Below are positions 9,490 to 18,909 of a DNA stretch of 64,000 bases, one piece after another. Made by a program: the position numbers and the translations under genes. Positions within the stretch are counted from its first letter, which is position 1; each line of letters begins with the position of its first letter. Location of the stretch: contig JAUVIR010000005.1 in assembly GCA_030592645.1 (NCBI GenBank), forward strand, positions 1,110 through 65,109, in the 5' to 3' direction. The stretch comes from Candidatus Fermentibacterota bacterium (GTDB lineage Bacteria > Fermentibacterota > Fermentibacteria > Fermentibacterales > JCC-6). The notes under the pieces were generated by a model. That model did no database searches, was not told the DNA's origin, and saw only the letters and a list, made by a program, of their open reading frames with translations.

Positions 9490-9987
9490 TCATCCGCTTC
9501 CTTCAGCATATCCATATTTCTCTTCAAGTGCTATCCTCACGCATTTTGGAACCATTGTTGTAAGATCTCCGCTATACTTCGCGATCTCTTTCACAAGTGT
9601 GGAAGACAGATACATTCTGTCTTCCGATGGCATAAGATAAAGCCCTGTTATCCCGGGTGCCAGTCTTCTATTCATCAACTGCATTTGAAATTCGTACTCA
9701 AAATCGGAATTGGCCCGTAAACCTCTTATGAAAGTATGATAATTATTCCTGCTCATATATTCAACCAGCAGAGAATCGAATTGCGATACTTCAATTCCCG
9801 AAAGATTCGTCTCCTCAAGAGATTCTCTGAGAAGCCCTACCCTCTCTTCAACCGGGAAACAGAGAACTTTCAATGACCGCTCCACAACTGCAACTTCAAT
9901 ATCATTGAAAATTATGGATGCTCTTCTGATAATGTCGAGGTGTCCGAGGGTCACAGGATCAAATGTTCCGGGATAGATTATTCTCAT
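9490..9987 (-). CDS. coaD: Pantetheine-phosphate adenylyltransferase
   Basis: YPGTFDPVTLGHLDII, RGLRANSDFEYEFQM, LSSTLVKE. Confidence 0.96.
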   Translation of the reverse strand: MRIIYPGTFDPVTLGHLDIIRRASIIFNDIEVAVVERSLKVLCFPVEERVGLLRESLEETNLSGIEVSQFDSLLVEYMSRNNYHTFIRGLRANSDFEYEFQMQLMNRRLAPGITGLYLMPSEDRMYLSSTLVKEIAKYSGDLTTMVPKCVRIALEEKYGYAEGSG

Positions 9988-10520
9988 CGTTTTTCCTTAA
10001 CTGTTTTCCAGCATAAGTAGCTGTCTCCGTATTTCCTCTCTCTCCAGTCCGACTTCAGCAATCCTGCTTCTCCGCATTCTACGAATACAGTTCCATCATC
10101 CTTCATAACAGTATTCCATTCAAAACTGTCTATCCATTCGTAGATCCTGCTGTAACGGTATGGCGGATCTATATATACGATATCAGGTACGGAATCCGTG
10201 TTTTGAATATACTCTCTTATGCTGCATGTAATAACTGCCGCGTCATCCCGGGCTTCGTGCTCCTTTAGAAATTTCCTTATGAACGATGCTGATCTCTGAT
10301 TCTTATCGACGAATACACAATATGATGCACCCCAGCTCAGAGCTTCAAGACCCACTGCCCCGGTTCCCGCACACAGGTCCCAGACTACTGCTGAATCTAT
10401 GAGAGCTCTACCCGCAATATCAAGGAAAGCTCCCCTTAGAAGTGAGGAAGTCGGTCTGCATAGATTAGAAGAGGGACGGAGAATGTGGCCTTTCCACTTT
10501 CCCCGCCCCAGTCTGATCAC
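9984..10520 (-). CDS. rsmD: 16S rRNA m2G966 methyltransferase RsmD family
   Basis: GKWKG, DLCAGTGAVGLEALSWGA, IDPPY, RKYG; canonical rsmD-coaD synteny. Confidence 0.88.
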   Translation of the reverse strand: MIRLGRGKWKGHILRPSSNLCRPTSSLLRGAFLDIAGRALIDSAVVWDLCAGTGAVGLEALSWGASYCVFVDKNQRSASFIRKFLKEHEARDDAAVITCSIREYIQNTDSVPDIVYIDPPYRYSRIYEWIDSFEWNTVMKDDGTVFVECGEAGLLKSDWRERKYGDSYLCWKTVKEKR

Positions 10521-10532
10521 ACTGGCCTTGTT

Positions 10533-12287
10533 TTAGTAAGGCCTGATAATATGTGGAGTAACGAATATTACAAGCTCAGTACTTTCTTCTCGCTCGGAAT
10601 TGTAGGAGAAAAGCAGATCACCGAGCAGAGGAATACTTCCCAGTATCGGGATGGCCCTTCTGACAGTTGTCTTCTTGCTTCTCATTATTCCACCAATAAC
10701 CGCTGTAGCACCATCGTCTATCATAAGGGTTGTATTGGCGCTCTGCGTGAGGATGATAGGCTGATTCGAGGAAGTAGCCTCTGCAGATAGCTCACTTACA
10801 ACCGGAAACAGCTCAAGTGTTACGTTGTTATCAGCATTTATGTGAGGTGTTACGGTTAATTCAACACCAACACTGTACATCTGTATGTAGATGTTTCCGC
10901 TGGGATCCAGAAGGGTCAGCGGTATTTCTTTTCCGGACATGACAGTACCTGTCATGTTATCGATTATCGCTATCCTCGGCTCTGAAAGAATATGCGCATG
11001 ATTCTGGGATTCAAGCAGGGTAAGAGCAGCGTTCACATCCAACATGCTGGTAATGGTTCCGAACGAGAATAATCCGGTCGGGTCTCCAACGGCAAGACCT
11101 GTTGAGGCTGCACCTCCGTGCACCAGCTCATTTGTCCTGCTGAGGTTACCGAGAGACCAGTCAATACCCATTTCGTTAGCGTAACTGGCATCAATTTCAA
11201 CCAGTTTTGCTTCTATCATTACCTGAGCAGTCGGACTGTCAAGGATCGGCAGCAGCCTGCCAACTTCCTCGAGCTTGTAAGGTATATCCGTAATGATCAG
11301 AGAGTTTGTTCGGTCATCAACTGATATCTGCCCCCTATCGGAAAGGGCAGTGCCGAGAGCGTTGTTCAGGCTCTGAGCAGTAGCATATCTGATAACGAAT
11401 ATCTCAGTCTGAAGTTCCTGAAGGTTCTCTCTGTCATGACGGGTCAACGCCATCTGATTTATTTCCGCATAGAATTGATCCCGCGGCAGTATCCTCAGAA
11501 CATTGCCCTCCATGCTGGCAACCAGTCCCTGGGAGTTCAATATTGCTGTAAGTGCATCCCTCCAGCCAACATTCTGCAAACGCGCCGTGACCGATGCGTC
11601 GTAATCTTCCGGAAGCATGATGTTCATGCCGCTTACGTCCGAAATAGCCCTCATAACGGTTTTAACACTTGCATCAACAACATCAATGGTTATCCTTCGA
11701 CCGCCGGTTCCGGACCACTCCACAGGGAAGCCGTCTTCTATCTGGCGATTGATCTCACTTATACGGATGCCTCTTGTTGATGTTGCGATAGACTGTCCGG
11801 AAAGAGTCGAGTATTCCGGTGATGACAGCGGTGCAACATCTCCTCCGGTCAGTACAGGCTGAACGTATTCAGAAGTTGCTGACCAGGCGGCAAAGGGGAT
11901 ACCTGTTGGATCTGTCTGTATTTCAAGAATAAGTTTATTACCATCCAGTGATGCGTTGTAGTTCAGAAGCTCACCATTGACATCGATGATTATTCTGACA
12001 ATCCCTTCAGGTGGAGCTTTGTACTGGCTCGTCCTTATGGAAAGAACCCCTCCCCTGTTTACTGAAAAATCCATTGACGGCAGTGAGTGTACGGCATTGC
12101 CAATATCCAGTACGATCCGCATGGGATCGGTCAGGAGAAATCTTTCGTACGAGATAGCATCATCAGCGGTTAGTGTGACCAGAGTCACGTCGCCGCTGGG
12201 TATTACCGAAATATCGGTAACCCTGTACGCCGCAGCTGGTATAGTCAGCAACAGCAGTAGACTACAAACGGTTAAGAGACGCATCAC
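10533..12287 (-). CDS. pilQ: Type IV pilus secretin with AMIN domain
   Basis: Signal peptide, AMIN (RIVLDI), DDRTNSLIITD, QVMIEAKLVE, GVELTVTP, IPILGSIPLLGDLLF, ELVIFVTPHI. Confidence 0.92.
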   Translation of the reverse strand: MMRLLTVCSLLLLLTIPAAAYRVTDISVIPSGDVTLVTLTADDAISYERFLLTDPMRIVLDIGNAVHSLPSMDFSVNRGGVLSIRTSQYKAPPEGIVRIIIDVNGELLNYNASLDGNKLILEIQTDPTGIPFAAWSATSEYVQPVLTGGDVAPLSSPEYSTLSGQSIATSTRGIRISEINRQIEDGFPVEWSGTGGRRITIDVVDASVKTVMRAISDVSGMNIMLPEDYDASVTARLQNVGWRDALTAILNSQGLVASMEGNVLRILPRDQFYAEINQMALTRHDRENLQELQTEIFVIRYATAQSLNNALGTALSDRGQISVDDRTNSLIITDIPYKLEEVGRLLPILDSPTAQVMIEAKLVEIDASYANEMGIDWSLGNLSRTNELVHGGAASTGLAVGDPTGLFSFGTITSMLDVNAALTLLESQNHAHILSEPRIAIIDNMTGTVMSGKEIPLTLLDPSGNIYIQMYSVGVELTVTPHINADNNVTLELFPVVSELSAEATSSNQPIILTQSANTTLMIDDGATAVIGGIMRSKKTTVRRAIPILGSIPLLGDLLFSYNSEREESTELVIFVTPHIIRPY

Positions 12288-13696
12288 AAACCACCTTCTT
12301 CATGTAAACGCAAAGAATAAATGGTGGGGATCGTCGTCTCCCCTCCACCTCTTGCGCTGTAATCAACAATAACATCCTGAATTACAATAACTTCATTACT
12401 GGTAATCTCGGCAACGTGGGAATTGTTGGCTAGAACAGTTCCTTCGTAAAGCACGTATGGTACACCAATACCATCTTCAACCATAGCCTGATCTCCACCG
12501 ACAGGATCAAGTGTTATTCCGACCAGTCTGAATTCTTCGACCGAAATGATATCCAGGGTCCTTCTTGCGTCCCTTCCCTCAGTTGAGAATTCGGTGAATG
12601 GATCAGGTCTGATAGAAACCGACTCATATATTCTGAATGTAGCGCTTCCAGCCTGTATTATATCGTTCACAGACTCTGCCGAGCCTTGCATTCCAGTTGA
12701 ACTCTGTCCGGCCATGGAACAGGATACACGCTGGGTTTCGTAGTAAGGAAGATTGGTTTCTACTGTACCCAGACCGGTGTAGACCGCTATTCCAAGATCG
12801 TCAATAGCCCATACAGGCTGCTGGAAACTTGACATCGCGAATAATCGTGCTGGTTCAAATGAAGGAGGTTCAGCGATTATCTCCCCTGGTGACATGACTG
12901 TTGAGATACCGTTCTCTGTAAGAACAAGGCCTCCATCAAACAGATGACCATCGGAGTGATAATTCCATTCCCCCGGCAAAGTTCTTACATAAATAGTGTC
13001 GTTGACACCTATGAAGAGAATGTTGTCGGATGAAGCGAGTATATCCCCTTCCGGTGAATCCTCGAACTGCCACAGGGCAACCGAGGGGTCGAAAAGTGCC
13101 AGGCCGCCTCCCTCAAGTCTGAAGATCCAGTCAGGTCCAATCCTATGAAGGTCGCCTAATGGATTCAGTTCTTCTGAAGCACCATATACCGTGAAACCGT
13201 CTTCCTCCATGATAGCAAGATCCCCATCAGTACTCAGAACTGCTATATCATCGTTGCTTATCTCAAGCTCCATCGGAGAAAAGCCCTCAGGAAGAGCTTC
13301 TGAAACAGCATCGCAGCTGTTATGGTTGAAAACGAGGTATTCGCTTTCAGTGATGAATGCAGGAGTTTCACCGATCAGATCAAAATCAATCACATTACTG
13401 AGATCTTCAAGGGAATAAGCGCTCCATTTGCCGTCCATTCCGCTGAACCGCAGGAGGGTACCCCCTTCAAAAAGAAGCCATGTATTATCGAAACCTGCCT
13501 CGGCCATACTTGGAGGAGCCTGCGAAAGCGTCATTTCAATCCAGCCGTGAACATCGGAGCTGGATACTACAGTTATGGAAACACCCGGATCGTCGATTGT
13601 TTCAGCTGCTTCATCCGTGCTCTCTCCACAGCCGGAGAACGTGAATGCTACTGCAGCTGCGAGGAGGGCTATGCAAGTTAGTTTTAAGATACTCAT
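12284..13696 (-). CDS. pilP: Lipoprotein with C-terminal PilP-like domain and large N-terminal extension
   Basis: Lipobox FSGC; C-terminal RPDPF...FRLVGI...AMVED...VAEITSNEVIV; lies between pilO and pilQ. Confidence 0.6.
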   Translation of the reverse strand: MSILKLTCIALLAAAVAFTFSGCGESTDEAAETIDDPGVSITVVSSSDVHGWIEMTLSQAPPSMAEAGFDNTWLLFEGGTLLRFSGMDGKWSAYSLEDLSNVIDFDLIGETPAFITESEYLVFNHNSCDAVSEALPEGFSPMELEISNDDIAVLSTDGDLAIMEEDGFTVYGASEELNPLGDLHRIGPDWIFRLEGGGLALFDPSVALWQFEDSPEGDILASSDNILFIGVNDTIYVRTLPGEWNYHSDGHLFDGGLVLTENGISTVMSPGEIIAEPPSFEPARLFAMSSFQQPVWAIDDLGIAVYTGLGTVETNLPYYETQRVSCSMAGQSSTGMQGSAESVNDIIQAGSATFRIYESVSIRPDPFTEFSTEGRDARRTLDIISVEEFRLVGITLDPVGGDQAMVEDGIGVPYVLYEGTVLANNSHVAEITSNEVIVIQDVIVDYSARGGGETTIPTIYSLRLHEEGGL

Positions 13697-13712
13697 CTTT
13701 TATCCTCCCTCC

Positions 13713-14270
13713 TTATGGCTGCACGAAGGCTGAAATCGTGAAATTAGCCTCCATATTGTCGTAGCTTCCATCGGAAGCTTTTTTCTGAACAATAGTCAGA
13801 TCAGTAACTGCGGTCAGCATCATCTGCTGAGTCAGCTGATCAAGAAAGACACCAAGTCTATGAAAACGTCCGGTCAGTTGCATCTGCCATCCGTAAACAA
13901 GGAAATCCCCCTGAGTAGTTGGCGCCAGCGGAGTGAGAGAATAGATCTGCAAACCGCTGTTCTCAGCATTCTCGGTCAGCATATCCATTATTTCATCCTG
14001 ATCGTAACTTCTGGGAAGATACCTATCAAGTTCCGCAAGCTGCTGAGTCAGGCGATTGATCTCCTGTTCGGTTATTGCCATATCGGATGCTGTTCCCGAC
14101 TGCAGTGAAATGAGTTCGGCCCGTTTCATCTCCAGATTCTGTTCTGCATGCTCTATCCTGATCTTCACTTCGGAAGAAAATTCCTTGGGATACAGGTATA
14201 TGAGCCCTACAACAAGAAGAATACCGACTATCAGTATGTAGAATCTGGGGTCTCTGAGATAGGCATTCAT
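13713..14270 (-). CDS. pilO: Type IV pilus assembly protein PilO
   Basis: Single TM, coiled coil, YLPRSYD, LTGRFHRLGVFLDQL. Confidence 0.85.
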   Translation of the reverse strand: MNAYLRDPRFYILIVGILLVVGLIYLYPKEFSSEVKIRIEHAEQNLEMKRAELISLQSGTASDMAITEQEINRLTQQLAELDRYLPRSYDQDEIMDMLTENAENSGLQIYSLTPLAPTTQGDFLVYGWQMQLTGRFHRLGVFLDQLTQQMMLTAVTDLTIVQKKASDGSYDNMEANFTISAFVQP

Positions 14271-14325
14271 ACCAAACCCCCCATATCTTCCGACTGTTTG
14301 ATGTGTAACAAGTATTCCATCTGTA

Positions 14326-14760
14326 TTACCTGCTGCCGGATTTGGCTGTTTTGAACATTCCCAGATTGATTGGATACATGGTCAGCGTATCGCCCCCGAA
14401 AACAGTGAATACGAATTCTTCATTTCCACCGTAGTAATACACACTCGCATCATCATCGTAGGCACGAAGTCCGAAGGTAACACTTCCCGTGATCCCGCTT
14501 TGAGAGCTGCCACTGATTCCGGATTCCGGGTAGAACTGAATCTCAAGCCAGAATACACCTTCAGCATTTGTCACAGTGACATACGTTTCCTGTGTTTCAG
14601 TAGTTGCTATGCCAACACCTGGAGCTCCAGTGGTCTCCAGAGTATCAGTATATATAATCCCTGTTACATAAACCCGGGTTTTGTCCATCCCTATCGGATT
14701 GCATCCCGCGACTGCCAGTATAACCAGCAGACTTAAAACTGAAATTGCAAATATTTTCAT
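14326..14760 (-). CDS. Hypothetical lipoprotein inside the pil operon
   Basis: Lipobox LAVAGC; start overlaps the stop of pilM-pilN. Confidence 0.7.
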   Translation of the reverse strand: MKIFAISVLSLLVILAVAGCNPIGMDKTRVYVTGIIYTDTLETTGAPGVGIATTETQETYVTVTNAEGVFWLEIQFYPESGISGSSQSGITGSVTFGLRAYDDDASVYYYGGNEEFVFTVFGGDTLTMYPINLGMFKTAKSGSR

Positions 14761-16574
14761 GATTCCTCCCCTGCATTATCAGGACTCTCCTCAGTATTCT
14801 CGGATTCTTCAACAGCTTCCATCAAAACACCGGAATCACTGGCGAATTCTCCCACCAGCGATGACAGTGCGAATGGATTCACTTCAATCATCATTTCAAA
14901 ATTGTATCTTCTGCTTCCAGTTCTGGTTGCCTCGGAAGCAAGTGTATAGATTTGCCCATAATCATCAAGAGTGAATAGAGGTGTCCTTCCATCAGGCATG
15001 ATTTCCGCAACATCACGCTGGAATTCGATTATGTCACCCCATGTTTTAGCAACACCTGTGATATACACCTCTGTCGGAAGAAGCATTAGACTGGTAAGGT
15101 ATATACCCTTATCGATCCGGCTGCCCGGAATGATAGCTTCTGGATAGATCGCCCTGCAGAGATACTCGACAACGTAAACGGAGTATTTCTGTCTCAGTGA
15201 CAGTTCGAGAATCTGCTGGAGCTTCCTGTCTACAGCTGCGCTCAGCCTGCTTGCCTCAGCCTGCTGATCCATCTGAATACCCAGCTGCGAAATCTGTTCC
15301 TCGATCACCTCGATCTCTTCGTTCACTTCAACTTCATGATCCTTCAGATCCTGATAATCCTTGTACGCGATTATCCCTCCTGCGATAAGAGCAAGATACG
15401 GAATAACACACAGGACTGTAAGGAGAGCTGTTGATTTGACTTCTTTTGGAGCTCCCGATGCTTTTCTTTTCTTGCCTTCGGGCTCCTCAAGAATATTGAT
15501 GTCAACCATACTGGGTTCATAACCTCGAAGAGCAAGACCGACGCACACTGCAAGAATGGCACTCATCGAGTCCACTTCACTGTCACTGATGACATCTTCG
15601 GGTATTGTTATGTTTCTGAAAGGCTGGAAGTGTTCCACCGGAAGGCCATGCTGTTCGCTGAGGATTGATGCCAGACCCGGCATCAGAGAACATCCTCCGC
15701 TTATATACATCTTATCTATTCTGGCATTCTCACCAGATGCCTGGTAGGTAATGAATGACCTTCTTATGCTTGTTGAAAGCTCTTCAATAACCCTGCCGAT
15801 TGCTGTATGGACTTCATCGGATGATATGCCATCCGGAACGTTGCCCTTTAGTACTCCCAGCGCAACTTCGTACTCAAGTCCCAGAGTTCTCTGAAGGGCT
15901 TCAACGAACCTTGAACCACCGATTGAAAGATCACGGTTGAAGCTGGGAAGACCATTTCTGACAACAACCATGTTCGTAACTTCCGCACCGATGTTGAGTA
16001 TTGTTACACACTCATCACCACTGGGTTTGTACGCGTGCTGATATGCCCTCTGCAGCGAGAACTGCTCAAGCTCAATGATTGATGGTTTGAGGCCCGCTCC
16101 CTGCAGAATTCCTCTGTGAAGGTCGACCACTTCCTTCTTGGCTGCAACCAGAAGGACTTCCATCTGTCCCGGAGAGATTTCAGGATTGATAATCTTGAAA
16201 TCAAGGCTGACCTCGTCTATCCTGAAGGGAATATGCGTCTCGGCTTCCCACTGAATAGCCTGCCGGGCATCCTGCTCCGACATCTTCTCCATCGGGATCC
16301 TTCGAACTATGACGCTTCTTCCTGAAACCGCACTGTTGATATTCTTGCTGCCTGACTTAACACCTGCCTGTCGGACTACATCATGAACCGTATCAATCAA
16401 GTGTTCACGGTTAACAACTTCCCCGTCCACTATCGTACCAGGAGACAACTCCTGTATAGCATAACTGGATAGTGTCAGAGATTTGCTGGATCCCGTCAAC
16501 TGAACAACTTTGATCGAATGGCTGCCGATATCAAGACCAACAGTTCCCCCGCCTGATCTTCCGAAGATGAACAT
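14757..16574 (-). CDS. pilM: PilM-PilN fusion protein
   Basis: PilM actin-like ATPase (VGLDIGSHSIKVV, NIGAEVT, YISGG, VGLALRG) continues in frame into a PilN-like part (MVDINILEE, TM, coiled coil, IYLTSL). Start 16574 follows a GAGGAAAGG RBS. Confidence 0.85.
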   Translation of the reverse strand: MFIFGRSGGGTVGLDIGSHSIKVVQLTGSSKSLTLSSYAIQELSPGTIVDGEVVNREHLIDTVHDVVRQAGVKSGSKNINSAVSGRSVIVRRIPMEKMSEQDARQAIQWEAETHIPFRIDEVSLDFKIINPEISPGQMEVLLVAAKKEVVDLHRGILQGAGLKPSIIELEQFSLQRAYQHAYKPSGDECVTILNIGAEVTNMVVVRNGLPSFNRDLSIGGSRFVEALQRTLGLEYEVALGVLKGNVPDGISSDEVHTAIGRVIEELSTSIRRSFITYQASGENARIDKMYISGGCSLMPGLASILSEQHGLPVEHFQPFRNITIPEDVISDSEVDSMSAILAVCVGLALRGYEPSMVDINILEEPEGKKRKASGAPKEVKSTALLTVLCVIPYLALIAGGIIAYKDYQDLKDHEVEVNEEIEVIEEQISQLGIQMDQQAEASRLSAAVDRKLQQILELSLRQKYSVYVVEYLCRAIYPEAIIPGSRIDKGIYLTSLMLLPTEVYITGVAKTWGDIIEFQRDVAEIMPDGRTPLFTLDDYGQIYTLASEATRTGSRRYNFEMMIEVNPFALSSLVGEFASDSGVLMEAVEESENTEESPDNAGEES

Positions 16575-16785
16575 TATCTTCCTTTCCTCAGGTTGCCGTT
16601 CGCCTGCATTAGATATTTCCTCACCAGATCGGTGATAGTAACAGAACAATTATCATTGAATACTATGTTTTCCATCATATTAATCCTTTAACAAACACTG
16701 CCTATTCTTCATTACAAGAACCTTACAACGTTTCAAACCCTGCGTCAATACCCTAAATTCATAACTATGGAATTTCATACTTCAC

Positions 16786-16814
16786 TTGACTCCGTATCTC
16801 AAAGAACATATCTT
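16786..16814 (+). promoter_or_regulatory. Putative sigma-70 promoter
   Basis: TTGACT-N17-TATCTT, then GGAGG RBS and ATG 16832. Confidence 0.5.
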
Positions 16815-16831
16815 TCCCCCCGGAGGTTGAT

Positions 16832-17131
16832 ATGAAAACTGATACAGAGAAATCATCGGGTCTGATTTCAAAGATTTCTGACATACAGAATCATTGCAGC
16901 CCCAGCGTCAGATTAACTGTTCCTGTAAGACCCGACCAGGAGGAATTGTTAACAAGGATCGTAAGGACCATAACACAGAGAAGGGATAGACAGCACAGGT
17001 CTCAGAGAATAACCAAGGCAACTATTATTAGAGCCTATATTGATGCTCTGTCTACACTTCCGCTGGATATGGAAAACATCACAGATGAAAAGATTCTGCT
17101 GAGGAGGGTTCTCGACCTGTTGGAGGATTAA
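16832..17131 (+). CDS. Small hypothetical protein, possibly ribbon-helix-helix DNA-binding
   Basis: Own promoter and RBS; VRLTVPV strand followed by helices, RITKATIIRAYID. Confidence 0.6.
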   Translation: MKTDTEKSSGLISKISDIQNHCSPSVRLTVPVRPDQEELLTRIVRTITQRRDRQHRSQRITKATIIRAYIDALSTLPLDMENITDEKILLRRVLDLLED

Positions 17132-17352
17132 CTGCATATCCCCTTGCGGTCTTTCCGTTTAATCCCTATCTCATAATGTACTTTAAGATCAACTGGAGTA
17201 CTACCCGACAGTCGAAAATTTCCTGAACTATCAAATCCCTGAACACTGACAGAGTTTATAGTACATCGGCCCGAATCTCAAAGAGAATGTAGTTGTTCGG
17301 AATCATTAAAGGGTTGAGCCGGATGGATACGAATTCTCTCCATTCCCTCAAT

Positions 17353-17475
17353 TCACCCTCGGAAGTCTTCGATACTGCTGTAGTTGTGGCGGCACATCCG
17401 GTCAGTAATGAACCTGTGAATATCGGACAATACCCCGAGTCCGTTCCTGTAGAGGGTGGAGCATACCGTCCCTGT
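17353..17475 (-). pseudogene. Remnant C-terminus of a dihydroorotate-dehydrogenase-like protein
   Basis: Directly after the cysS stop, in frame: TGTVCSTLYRNGLGVLSDIHRFITDRMCRHNYSSIEDFRG*, resembling the DHOD-like terminus (VxSxLYxxG...gYxSIxDFRG). No start codon or N-terminus. Confidence 0.55.
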
Positions 17476-18909
17476 TTATTTTCTGGTTATTTCGCTTTTC
17501 CCTCCGGGGAGGTCTTTGGCTGTATATCCGATAGCCTCAAGTTTATCACGCATAAGATCTGTAGCCTCGAACATCCTGTTCTCTCTCAGGATACCTCTTG
17601 TCTGGGCCAGTATTCCGCACAATACGGCAGTCTCTTCAGTTGAAGAATTACCACCTGTCAGATCAAGGCCGAGGATATCACGGGCAAGTTCATCCATGAT
17701 TATGGCAAGAGCAGCTCTGTCCGGAGGAGTATCATCCCTGTCAAGGATTCCATTACCTGCCCGGATAAGTTCGAAGATCGAAGCCAGGGCACCGGGAGTA
17801 TTAATATCATCGTTCATGAATTCATGGAATGCCGTCCTGGTATTCTCAATGAGAATGGCTGTTTCCTTTGAGGGTTCCTGATCGGTTTCCAAAGGCTTCT
17901 GGCCCAGCCGCGATCGGAAGGCGATCAGCCTTCCAAGGCCGCTCTTTGCTGAATCAAGACCCATATCGGAAAAATCAAGAGGACTCCGGTAATGACTTCT
18001 GAGGATATAGAGCCTGACTACCATGGGATTATATTTCTCGAATATATCTTTCAGAAAAGTGAAATTCCCGAGGCTCTTACCCATCTTCTGCCCGTCAACG
18101 GTAACCATGTTGTTGTGTAGCCAGAACCGTACGAACTGCTTCCCGTTCGCTCCTTCGCTCTGAGCTATTTCAGATTCGTGATGCGGAAATATGTTGTCCA
18201 GCCCGCCCCCGTGGATATCCAGCGTATCGCCTATGTACCTCATTGCCATCGCCGAGCATTCCAGGTGCCAGCCGGGGTATCCCCAGCCCCAAGGGGAATT
18301 CCATTTCAGAATATGATCGTCGCCCGCCTTTTTCCAGAGGGCGAAATCTTTCGGATCCCGTTTCCCCTGGTCGATGGAAACTCTTGCACCCGCCACAAGG
18401 TCATCAAGCTTTCTGCCGGAAAGTTTACCGTATCCCGGAAAGCTGGCTACAGAATAGTAAACGTAGCCGTCTACTTCGTAAGCATGACCGTTCTCGATAA
18501 GTACCTTTATCAATTCTATCTGCTCGGGAATATGACCGGATGCTCTTGGAGAGACATCAGGACGAAGAATTCCGAGGGCATCCATATCATCAAAATAGGA
18601 TCTGGTGTATTTCTCGGCTATCTGCATGGGCTCCAGTTTCTCAAGCCGCGCCTGCTTCTCTATCTTATCCTCGCCTGCATCGGCATCATCGGTGAGGTGT
18701 CCCACATCAGTGATATTCTGTATGTACCTCACATTGTATCCAAGATGACGCAGGTACCGTATCAGAACATCGAATGAAACATAGCTTTTCCCGTGACCCA
18801 GATGGCTGTGGCCATAAACAGTAGGGCCGCAGACATACACACCCACGTTCGGCTCCGAGAGCGGCTCAAATTCCTCCTTCAGGCGGGTCAGGCTGTTATA
18901 GAGTTTCAT
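17476..18909 (-). CDS. cysS: Cysteine--tRNA ligase
   Basis: CGPTVY, HLGH, NITDV, GWHLECS, DIHGGG, FPHHE, KMGKS. Confidence 0.98.
   Translation of the reverse strand: MKLYNSLTRLKEEFEPLSEPNVGVYVCGPTVYGHSHLGHGKSYVSFDVLIRYLRHLGYNVRYIQNITDVGHLTDDADAGEDKIEKQARLEKLEPMQIAEKYTRSYFDDMDALGILRPDVSPRASGHIPEQIELIKVLIENGHAYEVDGYVYYSVASFPGYGKLSGRKLDDLVAGARVSIDQGKRDPKDFALWKKAGDDHILKWNSPWGWGYPGWHLECSAMAMRYIGDTLDIHGGGLDNIFPHHESEIAQSEGANGKQFVRFWLHNNMVTVDGQKMGKSLGNFTFLKDIFEKYNPMVVRLYILRSHYRSPLDFSDMGLDSAKSGLGRLIAFRSRLGQKPLETDQEPSKETAILIENTRTAFHEFMNDDINTPGALASIFELIRAGNGILDRDDTPPDRAALAIIMDELARDILGLDLTGGNSSTEETAVLCGILAQTRGILRENRMFEATDLMRDKLEAIGYTAKDLPGGKSEITRK

Noticed and set aside
17293-17881. Plus-strand ORFs 17293..17643 and 17456..17881
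   Set aside because: Antisense shadows of cysS and the DHOD relic, with no family motifs
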